Position numbers and translations under genes: made by a program
In this document: piece by piece, positions 40,261-54,559 of the stretch
Position numbering within the stretch: the stretch's first letter is position 1
How the letters are laid out: every line of letters starts with the position of its first letter
The notes under the pieces: generated by a model
Told to the model about the DNA's origin: nothing
The model's input: the letters and a program-made list of their open reading frames with translations, nothing else
Databases searched by the model: none
Source of the DNA: Octopus vulgaris
Lineage: Eukaryota
Assembly (NCBI GenBank): GCA_951406725.2
Contig: OX597825.1
Coordinates: 744,001-808,000 of the forward strand
DNA: 64,000 nt
Reading direction: 5' to 3'

Positions 40261-41018
40261 ATGCTACCATCTAACAAGTCTTTAACATTTGTTTTCTCAC
40301 ACTCACTTTTTCTCCTTCCCTCCTTCTCCCTATGACTATATGTATGTATATATATATATATATATACACACAGGTGAGTACATAAGTGCAAAACAAGGTG
40401 GAAAAAATAGTACTCAAATAACGAAGGTAGAGTAATATACTTTTTGCTGCTTTAATAAAAAGTATATTTCTCTTTCTATATATAAATCATCATCATCAAC
40501 ATCATCATTGTCATCATTTAATGCCTGCTTTCCGTGCTGGCTTGGGTTGGATTGTATGACAGGAGCTGACTGGGCAGAAAACTGTACCATGCTTTGCTGT
40601 CTGTTTTGACAAGGGTTTCTATGATGGGATGCCCTTCCTAACACCAACCTCCCAGCAGAATGGACAGAGTGCTTTCTACATGGTGAGTTTATATTATTAG
40701 TCCCTACATACATTTCACCATTATAGTTGCTTGGAACTTTGCCCTGGATGTTCCAAGTGCATTTGGGTGCTTAACCAGAATGGATCATCAGGGAACACTT
40801 AATGGCATTAAGTTACAGAGAACTAATGTCAGCAGATGGGCAGAGGGTGAGGCATTTCATAAATTATTTTCAGAGGAAAATAAAAAGGAAGCAATCCTCT
40901 TTCTCTTCTCTCTTCCTTCTTAGTCATCCCTTTTCTTTCTCTGCCAGTAACGCATACAAGTTTCAACTTCTTCAAAATGAATCTTTTTCTCTTTCACTGA
41001 TTTTCTAGCTCCTTTTCT

Positions 41019-41072
<54 letters not shown>

Positions 41073-41276
41073 TACACACTTAACAATTAAAGTTTGTCAA
41101 CAAAACAGCAACAGAGGACTCGATATATTATGTAAAATATATTGCTTATTCAAACTGAATTTTTTCCTCACAACTCAAGTTTCATGCTATCGTGATTGGC
41201 AGGTGGATAATTTTTTTCTTTTTATTAGTAGCATGATGTTCACAAGTAATAAAGAAGCCAACAGTTTAAATACACT

Positions 41277-41311
<35 letters not shown>

Positions 41312-41950
41312 ATATAAAGTGTATGTGTATAAAAATATATGTATCTAAGCTTTCATACTTGCTGTGGCACCCCTCTTACTTGACTGGACATCAGACAGGT
41401 GCTTTGCCAGAGATTGCACAACCTAAAATTTTAGGTCCTATAAGTTCTTGTGTCTACAAATGAATCCCTTGCTTTGTGCCTCGAAAGGCAAAAGTGGTAC
41501 AAGAGATCACTCACATAAACACAGTGACAGGGGTGCATCCAGTTGTAAAGCAATAACATATTTGTTAACATGCGCAAGCATGGAGAAAAGAATGTAAAAT
41601 AAATGAATGAGAATGAATGATACAGGCACATATGCATATATACATAATACATACATTATATATATATATATATATATATACATGCACACACATATATACA
41701 CATACACATACTCTTATCTTTAGCAAAAGTGGTGTTAGACAGTACCTTCTGTCAATTTTGTGACCTCTGTTCAGTTTGCCTTCAGGTTCTAATTACTAAT
41801 AAGCCACCCTTTTTAATTTGTTTTAGCATGGAAAACGGATGCTAAACGATATACACATACATATATATACATATATACATAATGAACACACACATATTTA
41901 TATATATATGCATATATACTTATACATACACACACATATACATATATATT

Positions 41951-42011
<61 letters not shown>

Positions 42012-42094
42012 ATAAATATTAGGAATGAATCCAAAATTACAGGGAAAAATCAGATTTAGGGTTAAATCCAATTTTATAGTAAAATATTATATAT

Positions 42095-42379
42095 TATAAT
42101 TCGAGACAAAACCACTATTTTAAAACCAAACAAGGAAAGACTTAATCAATACATAAAATTTTAATATAAATTAAATAAACCACTACAAATGTTTCATGTC
42201 TGCTACCGACAATCTTCAAATTTTGATACTGATTAGAAGATCGAAAATCCACCTGAAGATTGTTGGTAGCAGACATGAAACATTTGTAGTGGCGGTTTAT
42301 TTAATTTATATTAAAATTTTATGTATTGATTAAGTCTTTCCTTGTTTGGTTTTAAAATAGTGGTTTTGTCTCGAATTAT

Positions 42380-42382
<3 letters not shown>
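42095..42382. mobile_element. ~290-bp near-perfect fold-back element with hammerhead (family D), flanked by (TA)n
   Basis: Arms about 42095-42218 and 42254-42382. Confidence 0.88.
42249..42292 (+). ncRNA. Type-I hammerhead ribozyme with intact core
   Basis: CCAC CTGAAGA t tgtt-ggtagca-gaca t GAAA CATTTG TA GTGG. Stem I ccac/gtgg; GUA cleavage triplet. Confidence 0.8.
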
Positions 42383-42426
<44 letters not shown>

Positions 42427-42664
42427 AATATATATATATAAATATATCATCATCATTTAACATCTGGTTTCCATGCTAGCATGGGTTGGACGGTTTGACC
42501 GGGGTCTGGGAAGCCAGGAGGCTGCACCAGGCTCCAGTCTGATCTGGCTGAGTTTCTACAGCTGGATGCCCTTATATATACATATAAATATACATATAAT
42601 GTATGTACATATATATATACAAATACATACATATATATACGTATATATGACAATGAGGCCATGA

Positions 42665-42987
42665 TAAGAGCACTCCATCAGTTATGACAATGAGGGTCCC
42701 AGCTGATGCAATCAATGGAACAGCTTGCTTGTGAAATTAACATGTAAGTGGCTGAGCACTCCACAGACATGTGTACCCTTAACATAGTTCTCAGGGAGAT
42801 TCAGCATGACACAGAGTGTGACAAGGCTGGCCCTTTGAAATTCAGGTACGACTCATTTTTGCCAGCTGAGTGGACTGGAGCAACATGAAATAAAGTGTTT
42901 GCTCAATTACACAACACATTGCCAGGAATTGAACTCATGACCTTAGGATCGTGAACCAAATGCCCTAACCACTAAGCCACACACCTT
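42665..42987 (-). mobile_element. tRNA-derived SINE with CORE/Meta-like domain; relatives at 43090-43325, 47680-47775 and 56760-56965 (all -)
   Basis: rc: A box TGGCTTAGTGG, B box GAGTTCAATTCC, then ttgagcaaacacttt..ccagtccactcagctg. Confidence 0.8.
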
Positions 42988-43899
42988 CACATATACATAT
43001 AAATACATGCACATATATATATATATGTATATACATATAAATACATATATATATATATGATTATATTATATATACAAAAATAGGATCGAAGGTGTTTTCC
43101 AAGCATTAGGCTCATAAAGCTGGTTTCTTGGACTGTGTGGAGATATTTCTTCTCTGGGTTGGATACCAGCCTATTACAGGAACACTCATTTTTGCTGTTT
43201 GGAGAGGAGCTATGTGGAATGAAGTGTTTTGGTCGAGAACATAATGCAGCACTTGGTCCAGGAATCAAAGCCACAACCTTACCATCATGGCTGCAATACA
43301 CTAAGCAATAAGTCACACATCTCCACACACATATACATACATACATACATACATACATACACACATATATATATATATACATTTTATACATAAATATATA
43401 CACGCACACACTTTATTCATAAATACACATTGACACACACACATCTACATCCACACACACACACACACACACACACACAAATATACTGATATGATTCTAG
43501 GTATGTTCATTGAGAACATTTATCAAAATAATTATTAGAAGAAACATAATTTGTCAAAGTTATATTTGTAGAAAAACATATTCCTAGAAAAACAAACTTG
43601 TTGAAAGACAAATTGGTAAAAAAATTATTAGTTGAAAAAAGAAAAAAAAGAAAAACCAAACAAAAGCAGAATAAATGTTGAAATATAACATTTTGCAAAG
43701 AAATTGGCAAAAATAATTATGCGTTATATTTGCAGACAATAATACTTAGGACTGATACATTAAAATTGCTTAGTCTTCAAAAGGCAACTCAGTAAATACA
43801 AACTTGTGCATTTGATCAATGGTCATTTGTTAATGAATAAAGCTTAAAATCAGTTAAAACCTGCTCTGGGGATGGACGGATGGACGGACGGACGGACGG

Positions 43900-43930
<31 letters not shown>

Positions 43931-43963
43931 CACACACATACACACACACACACACACACACGG

Positions 43964-43997
<34 letters not shown>

Positions 43998-44772
43998 TCA
44001 TTGTATTCAATTAGTAACAATTATAATGGATATTTAGGACACTAAATTGATATGTACTAAGGGAGGAAAATGAAAGTTATCTTAGAAAGAATTTTACTGT
44101 AGCAAACAAAAGACTGGTAATTCAGTAGAATCAGCAGAGCATCAGAAAAAAGTTCCTTGTTGTATTTGTCATGGCTCTTTGTGTTTTGAGTTCAAATCCT
44201 GATGAGGTCAATTTTACCTTTCATCCCACCAGGGTCAATAAAGAACCAATATAGTACTGGACCGAATGGAATAAACTGTCTTTCTCCTCAGTCTTATGCT
44301 TAAATTAGAAATAATTGTAGCTAACAACACTAAAGCACTGATTCCCACAACTACAAGCAATGCACAGTTAAAAGATTTTCTGGATTGTCCGTTATATAAA
44401 AATGAAAGAGAGGGTCATATGTGTTGCTGTTTGTGTTTAATACATGTTGGTTATAAAAGATGTTGTGTCATAAAAGTATCTTTTACAAACTGCAGCTCCC
44501 CTTAAGCCAAAGAATTGGAACTGGCGTGATGAACTATGTAAATGGAGACATTATTGGATATTTTTGAGATATTGCATATAATCTTGGATAAAAATTAATT
44601 CTTTTATCTTCTGAATATGCATTTTCTTATAATTACATTTATTGTCACCTAATTAGAATATTATATCTATTAAAAAAAAATGCCTGAAAATAAACTGAAA
44701 ATATGCAAATCCTGTATGAATTAGGAAATGGTGGCAATTGAAACTTTTTTTGTAAACAGAATTAAAAGCCCT

Positions 44773-44880
44773 CATCATCATCATCATCATCACTGTTCGA
44801 CCGTGGTCGAGACAATGGAATTTACCATGCTACGCCAGACTTCACAGTCCATCATGGCATTACGGAGGTCCTGTTGCTGT
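44773..44880 (-). mobile_element. Very short 5'-truncated RTE-type LINE end
   Basis: rc QQDLRNAMMDCEVWRSMVNSIVSTTVEQ* followed by a (TGA)n tail. Confidence 0.65.
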
Positions 44881-44948
44881 ATAATGACTATAGAAAATAG
44901 TGTAGCAAAAGGGCATATAAATCCCCATCATGAAAAAAGAAGGGTATC

Positions 44949-45020
44949 AATATGTGTAGGGATCAAACCCACACCTCTTATTTTCATGATAAGTGTGCTG
45001 ACCAACAAACCCACCCATTT
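44949..45020 (-). pseudogene. tRNA-like pseudogene or SINE head
   Basis: rc: anticodon-like stem cttat-catgaaa-ataag, T arm gtggg-tttgatc-cctac. D arm and acceptor stem degenerate. Confidence 0.5.
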
Positions 45021-45276
45021 TTCTGTAAAATTTAGGAAGTGTGATTTCATAGTGCTAAACATGTAAACATCTGTGAATTCTGCATGAATTAGAAAATTAT
45101 GGTGATTGAAAATTTTCTTTGTAAGGGGAATTATCAATTTACATAAAATAATTTCAATCACCACTGTTTCCAAAGTGAGAATGTGTTTCATTTTGCAATT
45201 TGTATTGTCTTCATTAAATTGCAATAAGCTGCTTGAATGGATAAGTATAGATGTGTGTGTGTGTGTGTGTGTGTGA

Positions 45277-45317
<41 letters not shown>

Positions 45318-45689
45318 AAGGAGAGGTATGGCAAACTTAATCTATAAAAGATCTTTATATATATATATATATATATATGCACACAAACACAGTTATCTAG
45401 CAAAAAACAAAGAAAAAGAACTCAACACATTTTAGAATGTAGAGTATATAATAAATGATATATAAATTATATAAAATTTAAATATAAATCCCATGATGAA
45501 ACTGATGTTTCATTTCCCACGATGTCTGTAGAGTACAGGTATAAAAACCATGTAGCTTTCATGAAAGCTGTGAGACTTGAAAAGCTCTTATCATTGTAGA
45601 AGAGATATTCATAATAAAAATACACACAGACACACACACACAAGCATACACATATTTATTATACAAACTTATATATTTGTGGGTGACTG

Positions 45690-45731
<42 letters not shown>

Positions 45732-45779
45732 CATCTATATATACAAGAATTATACACATATATACACAATATATATATG

Positions 45780-45814
<35 letters not shown>

Positions 45815-46039
45815 ATACAGACACACACAATATATGCATACATACATATATATCTATATACATACTATATATATATATATATACATACACACACAATATG
45901 TATATATACACGCAAACATATATACATATAGAGAGAAAGACGCACACACAGATACACAAATGCACATATATATGTCTTCTATGTAAATATATATATGTGT
46001 GTATCTATGCATTTATACAGGTAACACCTTTGTAGCACT

Positions 46040-46598
46040 GGTGTGAAAACAGTGGTAGCTGCCAAGTTTGTTTCCCCAGGCCTACATGCAGCAGTAAAAA
46101 CCTGGGAGCTGGAAATCACTCTGGGGAATTAGCTGAAGTTTCCAGAAACTGTTACTGCAGCATCATCACTAAGGCTGGAAATGGTGCTGACCTTGGAAGC
46201 ATCCAAGCACATGGTTCTATTAGATTTCTTCATTCCCTTGGAGACCCGAATTAAGGAGGTAAACGAGAGAAAATAAATGTAATATGCTGAGCAGGTAGCA
46301 TGCAAGGTGTGATCCCATTAAGGTGGGATGCTCAAAGTTTGCAGGCCGATCTCTCTGCAGAGCCTACAACATACTGGGCATCAGAGAGGCCAGTCATTGG
46401 AAGCCAGAGGATGCTTGAAGGTGGCTGTGGATCATGAGGTGGTGAAGGAGGAGGGGCTGACAGGACACAACCCTGGGCTTGATCAATCCCAGCTGGGTTG
46501 TTCGAGTGAGGAAGTGTTATGTTGAAAGACCCAAAATGTCTAATGACCTCAGTGGCCATCATTGATGGTCAGCCCAGGTGCATGCCCAGCCCATGATG
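46040..46598 (+). mobile_element. Degraded Hero-clade LINE 3' end (restriction-like endonuclease)
   Basis: WELEITLGN*LKFPETV...LRLEMVL...IPLETRIKEVNERK...DPIKVGC..FAGRSLCRAYNILGI. Confidence 0.75.
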
Positions 46599-46860
46599 TA
46601 TGGCAAAACTATATAAACATACATACATACACACATACATATATGTGTACATATACATATATAATATATATATAAAAACATTCTCTACACACACTATGTG
46701 TGTATGTTTATATATACATATATATGTGTGCATGCGTATATATATATATATATATACACACACATATATATATACAAACATACATACATATATGTGTACA
46801 TATACATATATAATATATATAAAAACATTCTATACACACACTATGTATGTTTATATATAC

Positions 46861-46909
<49 letters not shown>

Positions 46910-49900
46910 CATACATACATACATGTATGTATGTATATATATACCAATGTAGTTGTTAACTGAAAATGCTTTCAACCTCCCCCATTTTAAGAAGCAATTT
47001 TATAACTTAAATATTTTAGGGGAATATAAAAAAAAAGCAAAATTTACGAAGGGGGGATAACTGAGGTAAAATTTCAATGCAAACAAAAAAGAAAACACAA
47101 TATAGAAATGAATGAAACAAAGTCCCATGCGGAAAATAAAGATGAAAATAAAAATAAAAACAAATGAAAATTCGATGCAAAGGAACAGAAAAGGTTTTGC
47201 TTACCGCGTCGGATATTGTTGGTTGTAGCTGTGCATGCAGATGCGAGAAAAGAAAAAAAAAGCAAATAATTAGATGTGAATTGGGCTGAGAACAAGGTAA
47301 AATATAATTTGGAGAAAAATAATTCACAAATAATGACAAGAGCATAAGAAAAATAACAACAACAGGATAATATCAGGGTTAACAGAAATAATTGTTAATA
47401 ATAAATAAATACATAAATAAATAAACATATAAATATATATATGTAGGTTTGTCCATCTCTCTGTATGTGTAAGGTGTGTGCTTGAGTATATTTGTATGTG
47501 TTGTTTATTTATAAATACTCCTTATATATATTTGTGTGTGTGTGTGTGTGTGTATATTGTCATATCTATGTGCATGTGTGTTTGTATGCATGGATATGTA
47601 TGTACAGGTTATGTTAACCTTGAACCCCAGGACCCATAAAGCCAGAGTTGAACCTGCTTTCTGCAGTGTCTAATGAAGTGTCTTGCTCAAGAACACACCA
47701 TCCAGTCCAAGAACTGAGACCACGATCTTATGACCGTGAGTTCTACACTTAAACCACTGGCAACACACCTTCACAAACATGTGAAGAATCTTTACAGAGC
47801 TTTTGATGAAATATTTGTCTCAAAATTTGGCACAAGACCAGTAAGTTGGGGAGGGGGAGGGGTAAGTCGATTACATCAACTCCAGTATTTAACTGGTACT
47901 TATTTTGTCAACCTCAAAATGATGAAAGGCCAAGTCAACCTTGGAGGAATTTGAACTCAGAATGTAAAGATAGAGAAAGTACTGCTAAACCTTTTGCTGG
48001 TATTCCAATGACTGAGTCAGCCCACTGCTTTGGAACTGGACCGAAAATATTACAAGATATTCCATTCAACACCGAAGCAATTCCGATTATGTCTCTTTAC
48101 TTTCTATGTTCAAAACCCTTGGAATATAGAAAGTAAAGAGGCCCATTTTGCATTTTATCCCACCCCCATGGTCAACAGAATTAGGGTCAGTGTAATTGAC
48201 TCTGTTATAGAAACTACTGCCTTAACATGACCACACGCAAGTAAGTGTAACCACTTAAAGAATATGTTACAGTCCCATGGCAACCAATTTATGTTGTAAT
48301 CAACTGGTTTCATGCTGAAACTGGGGAGGCAAATTCAACAATCACCAGACATGGCTAAATGGAAGGTTATGGCTGAGTTTGGTTTGTAATATGAAGTTCA
48401 GGGTTTGATATCACAGTGTCACAGTATAGGCAAGTGGCCCCTACCTAGCTTTGGATTAACCAATGCAAGTAAGCAGACACACACTGTGCTGAAGCTTATC
48501 AGACAGAGTGTAGCAGCAACTTAAGAATCCAACTTTATTACATATTGTGTCATGCTAATCTGGCTTCAGAGTTGTATTACAGCTAATTGCTCATTAATTT
48601 TAAAAGCAATTAACCAGCTTCATTAAATAACTGAGACAGAAGCATGAGCCCATAGCTGTCTTCCTAATCTCAAACAATCCAACTGGACTTTTCTTTAATG
48701 TCTATTTTGGAGCCTGCTTGACCCTTGAGGTGATCCTTCTCTTCTCATGCAACAAGGCAATAGTTTGCTCTTCTTTTGAAGGAAAAATAATTTCAACAAA
48801 CCAATAATTCATCTTCTTTGGTATTTGATATCATTGTACTCAGGAGGACCTGTCCTCCACAGCAGAAGTGTTAAGGCCACTGGCTGCTGATGGAAAGGAA
48901 TGGCCTGCAAGGGCCCTGTGCTGATGCCATGTAGAAAGCATGTGTACTGGCACCACATGAAAAACATTCAGCACACTCTGTAATGGGGTTGATGTTGGGA
49001 AGGACATCAAGCTGTAGAAATCAAGCCAAATCAGACTGGAACCTGGTGAAGCTCCCCGACTTGCCAGTCCCCAGTCAAACCAGCCAACCCATGCTAGTAT
49101 GGAAAATGGACATTAAAGGATGATGATGATGATCATCATCATCATCACTTAATGACCACTTTTCCATCCTTGCATGGGTCAGCTGGAATTTGTTAAGGCA
49201 GATTTTTATGGCTGGATGACCTTCCTGTTGCCAACCCTCACCTGTATCCAAATAAAGTAATATTTCTCCATATCAAGATGTTTCACTGAATATTAGAAAT
49301 GTACGGCACTGCTTGTATAACAGTGACACTCATTTACATCTAATATGTGAAGTCAAGACAAAGAGATGCACACACACACACACTTACATACACATATATA
49401 CACACATATGTATACATTGGGCTTCTTTCAGTTTCTATTTACTAAATCCATTTACAAGCCTTTGATCAGGTTGGAGTTATAGTAGAACACAATGCCTTTC
49501 TCTTTTATCCTCATTAACTTGATGAATTAATACCAGTCAGGCAGAAATGACTCTCATCATCGTGTTAGAGTCCACTTTGCCATGTTTGCCTGGATTGGAC
49601 CGAGTCTACTGAGGCAGATTTTCTGTAGCTGAATGATTTTTCTGTTGCCAGTCCTTACCTGTCTCCAACAATGGGCTTCTTTCAGTTTCTGTCAACTAAA
49701 TCTACTAACAAGGCTATAGTAAAAAAACCACTTGGCCAAGGTGCCATATGGTGGGATTGACTCCAAAACCTTGTGGTTGGGAGGCAAACCTCTTAACCAC
49801 ACAGCCATACCTGCAGCATTTAACAGAATTAAAAAATTTGTTTTGTAATCATATATTTCTGGATTCAATCCTGCTATGGGCAAGTGCCTTCTAGCTTAGC

Positions 49901-50037
49901 CACAAGTTTATGCATACATATATATATATATATATATATAATTTAAAGTTAAATAGATATCATTACCATTATCAATAATAATAATGATAATAATAAAGTG
50001 GTCAGCAAGTTTATGCCTTTATAGGTAAAATGTTTAT

Positions 50038-50236
50038 AAAATACAACAGGGTATTAAAATACCACTTACTATAAACAGAGCCATTGCTCTAAAACCACAA
50101 ATTACTCAGAATTAAACATAGCAGAAATGCGCTTACCTTGTATGAACTACGGAAGTAAGGAATGCGTATATTTGTGGTTTGAGAGCAAAATGGCTCAGTA
50201 TGTAGCAAGTGATATTTTCATACCCTGTTGTATTTT
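50038..50236. mobile_element. Old fold-back element with a decayed hammerhead-like loop
   Basis: Arms about 50038-50101 and 50170-50236. Loop contains tgtATGA actac-ggaa-gtaa GGAA tgcg TA. Confidence 0.6.
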
Positions 50237-51284
50237 GTTTATATATAAATCAACTGGCACCCAGTAGGTTACTATGCACCCCACTCAGGTGAAGAGTTTT
50301 GTCTTGCAATGCACTTGGTGACCCTGTTGGTGCTGATGTCATGTAAAAAGCACCCAGTACACAATGTAAAGCAGCTGGCATTAGGAGGGTATCCAGCTGT
50401 AGAAGCCATGCCCAACAGACAATAGGATCTGGTGTGGCTCCTATCAAATGCTCCAATCCATGCGAGCATGGAAAACATAGGTTAAATGATGATGATGATG
50501 TTTCAAAACAGGAAATGGAAAAAAAACAAACTTTGGTATCATTTATTCAGCATTACTCAGATTTCAGTTGCCAATTGGAGATACAAACCTGCAGAATGAA
50601 CATGTAGAACATTCTCTGTTTGAGGAATTTATAATTGAAGATGTCCTACATGTTTGTACTAAAGGTACAGCTTTGTAACTCCTATTGGGAAATGAAACAC
50701 ATGTAATGCCGAATAAATAATACCAAATATTTTTCCAATCTCCTATTTTGATAATTACTCAGCAAAATCTATTTTTCAATATTTTTCAACACTTATGCAT
50801 GCCCCAAACAAATATAATATCTACATATAACAGAAGTTATCAATGTGGGAGGTACCAGCCCCAAGGGGGTACTGGGCATGTCAAGGGGGGAGTTTGGCTT
50901 TGGGGGTGAGGGAACATAATTAACATGCTAAATTTTACCTATAGTATTAATTACATTATAGATCATAACACTAGTAATAGTCATTAAAAAAAATTGAGAT
51001 TTCATCAGGCAAAGGAAATCATTAACTTGTGATGTTTTAAGTAAATTTTACAAATTTGTCTTTATTCATTCTTTATGACTTCAATGATAAAAGCTTATAC
51101 AATCCTTATTTAGAGTAAAATTTATAAATCATCATTCACGTTAAGTTAGTTTAGTCATGATACGTCACTCATCACTTAGGTGGGCACTAACCATGACAAC
51201 TATTTAAAAGAGTGCGGGGAGGGGGTCTCTACAAAACGTGGTGAAGAACAACTGACACACTCGTATATATATAAATTATTTTTT

Positions 51285-51552
51285 TTCAGAATGAGATAAA
51301 AAAACCAAGGCAGTGAAGGTTTTAGAACTTTTATAAATAGGAGGTCTTACAGCTGTTTCTGAAATATTTATTATATCCTTTCATTGGAGATGAAGGGATA
51401 TAATTTTTATATATACACATGCTGATATATGACCTACGTTGGACTCCTCATTCGCATAATCACCGAACCTGGAGCTTAACTATAGTCTGTCCATAGCACT
51501 TACTCAGCATTACCTGATACCTTTGGGGCTTATTGACACCATTACCTCTCAT
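51285..51552 (-). mobile_element. Family B hammerhead element (decayed HHR at 51344-51390) plus ~140-bp partner module
   Basis: rc tctccaATGA aaggatat..atatttc aGAAA CAGCTG TA AGAC. Module 51415-51552 is the rc of 53697-53835. Confidence 0.7.
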
Positions 51553-51923
51553 AACCTATATATATATACACACGCACACGAATATATGCATATATGTACC
51601 CACAAATCTATAAGTTGTGTACCAAGAAACTTACACAAAAATTTAGAAATACAAGTTTGTTTGAAGAAAGAGCAAAAGAAGCTGATGTGGATTCTTTGAA
51701 TCATCCAGTCTGTTAGTAGCAGAAGGAAGATTTGTAAGGCATTCCAAAGATTCTCCATCTGAGATTCTTTTGGTGAATAGATGCACACACTTGGGTGTGA
51801 GCAGTGGCAGCTCAACCAACACACCAACACTGCCACATATCTACCCAAACTCAAACAGTTTTGTTTGTTTACTAGTGACTGGCTTGAACTCTTTTAAGAG
51901 GAACTTAAACAAAACTCAAAGGA

Positions 51924-52167
<244 letters not shown>

Positions 52168-53906
52168 GCATAAAATTCAGAAAAGGATTACCAAAATACA
52201 CCACTAATATTTTATATGCTGCCATCCTAATTCCACAAGAAAACAAATATTATGAAAAGAGAAAAAGACATTCAGTAAATTATCAGATCCATCCTCTCCA
52301 TTTATCAACAAATCAAAATTAGAGAAAGCATTCAGAGATGAGAGTTACAGAGAAAACAGATACATTTAGAAACAAAATAACTAATGAGAGAATTAGTAGC
52401 GTAATGTTTTGCCATCTGAATGAAACTTATGGTGAAGATATAGAAGAAGCTTCTAATATAGAAACACATTTTTGTTCTACTCAAATACATTTAGAAACTA
52501 AGCTGAGCCCATCTTATTTTCATAGACTTTATACGGTGCCTCTATATAGAAATACTACATTTTTTAATGCACACAACATTTTCTATTTACATTTGTTTCT
52601 ATTCAAATTTATTTCTATACACACACTTTTGCTATGAATATCTTTACATGCATCTTTTTTCTACCCCAAGTTATTGAATTCAGTCAGTCTTTATTTCAAT
52701 CAACTTTTTACTGTGACCGTGTTTAGGATTTGGTCTCCCCATTTGCTTCATTTCCCTCCTGTTTCCTTTCTAATCCCTTCCACCCATCTGCTTAACTATT
52801 ATCAGCACCACAGAACAACACTACATCACATACACAAATGTTTCTCCTAGTTTTTCTCTCTCTTTCTTTCTTTCTACTCTTAACTTCTATGGGCTCCTCT
52901 TTCTCCTGTCTTCTTCCACAACTGCAATTTCCTCCTCTCTTATTGTAAGCATATTTTAAATTTATTTACTTATTTATTTTTCAGCAATAAATATTTACTT
53001 TTGTATTTATTTTAATTTTGTTTTCTATTTTCATTTTAATTCTAATTTTTGTCATTTGACACATTTAATTTCTGATAGGATATTTCTCACTCTCTGTATG
53101 TATGTACCCCCCACCCACATTCTATATTATATACAAACATAGAAGTCTGGTGCAGGCTCCTGCCTGGCCAGTTCCTGTCAAACTGTTCAACTCATTCCAG
53201 CATGGAAGGCAGATGTTAAACAATGATGATGATAATGATGATGATGATGATGATATATATACATTTACACACACACACACACCAAATGCACTCGGAACAT
53301 TCAGTGAAGGGTTCCAAGCACCAGAATGGTGAAATGTACAGACAAATTAATAATATAAACTTGTGTTTATCTCAACTTTTCCTACATTTTCCTCTGAATT
53401 TCATAGAATACATACAACTAAGAATAGTTGTTATTTAATCAATGGAAGCAGACTGGAGCATGGAAATCCATGTGGATCTCTGAACATAATATCAGCTGGG
53501 TGTTAGGAAGTGCATCCAGCTGTAGAGACCAAGCCAAAGCAGACAATGGAGCTGGGTGCAGCTCTCCAGCCTTGCCAGCTCCTGTCAAACCATCCAATCC
53601 ATGCCAGCATGAGAATGGATGTATGATGATTATGAGGATTTTGACTGATCTCAATTTGTATTCAATCCTTTATATATATATATATATATAATGCATGTAA
53701 GAGATAACGGTGTCATTGAGACCCAAAGGTGTCTGCTAATGCTGAATAAGTGCTATAGACAGACCATAGTTAAGTTCAAGATTTGGTAACATTGCGAATA
53801 AGGGGTTCAACGTTGGTTCCATGTCAGAGTGTGTATATAAGAATTTTATGCGTAATAAGATAAAATACCAAGGCTGTGTAGATATTAGAGCATTTATAGA
53901 TAGAAG

Positions 53907-53958
53907 GTTTTACAGCTGTTTCTAGGATATTTATTAATAATATTCCTTCATCAGAGAC
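53907..53958 (-). ncRNA. Type-I hammerhead ribozyme (family B), intact core
   Basis: rc GTCT CTGATGA aggaatatt..aatatcct aGAAA CAGCTG TA AAAC. Confidence 0.8.
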
Positions 53959-54005
53959 GGTGTGAGAGGAAAAATGAAGTCAAAGTTAATTTTCCCTCTC
54001 ACACT

Positions 54006-54057
54006 GTCTCCGATGAAGGAATATTATTAATTAATATCCTAGAAACAGCTGTAAGAC
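54006..54057 (+). ncRNA. Type-I hammerhead ribozyme (family B), core CCGATGA
   Basis: GTCT CCGATGA aggaatatt..aatatcct aGAAA CAGCTG TA AGAC. Confidence 0.75.
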
Positions 54058-54559
54058 CTTCTATCTATAAATGCTCTAATATCTACACAGCCTTGGTATT
54101 TTATCTTATTTCGCAAAAAAAATTCCTATATATGCATGTATATAAAAGTGTATGTAGACATATATCTGTTTATATATTTGTTTGTGTATTTGTGTATAGA
54201 GTGTGTCTATATATGTATAGGTCTGTAACTCCTCTATCAACACTCAAACAGAAAAATTAAGACTATATGAAAAGAACTCTGATACCCACCAAAAAAATGA
54301 AAACTGTTTGAAATTGCTTTTAAGCAAGAAACCCAGTCCCAAATCAGAGACCCCACCACCATTTTGTTTTATTTCTTGTAAGAAACAACCTCTGGTTACT
54401 GGAAGGAAAACAGAGTCACAATATGATTTATGAACATCTAATCATCAAAGATGAAAAAAATCATCTGAAAATTAATTCTTATTCCTTTATCAAATATATA
54501 CTACTGTACCAAAGATTTTCAATTTTTCTGTTCTGTTTGTCTGTCTCTCTGGATATAAG

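Larger units (their letters stand above)
53697..54132. mobile_element. Family B element: 140-bp module plus ~300-bp fold-back with a hammerhead in each arm
   Basis: Arms about 53834-53975 and 53990-54132. Confidence 0.88.
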
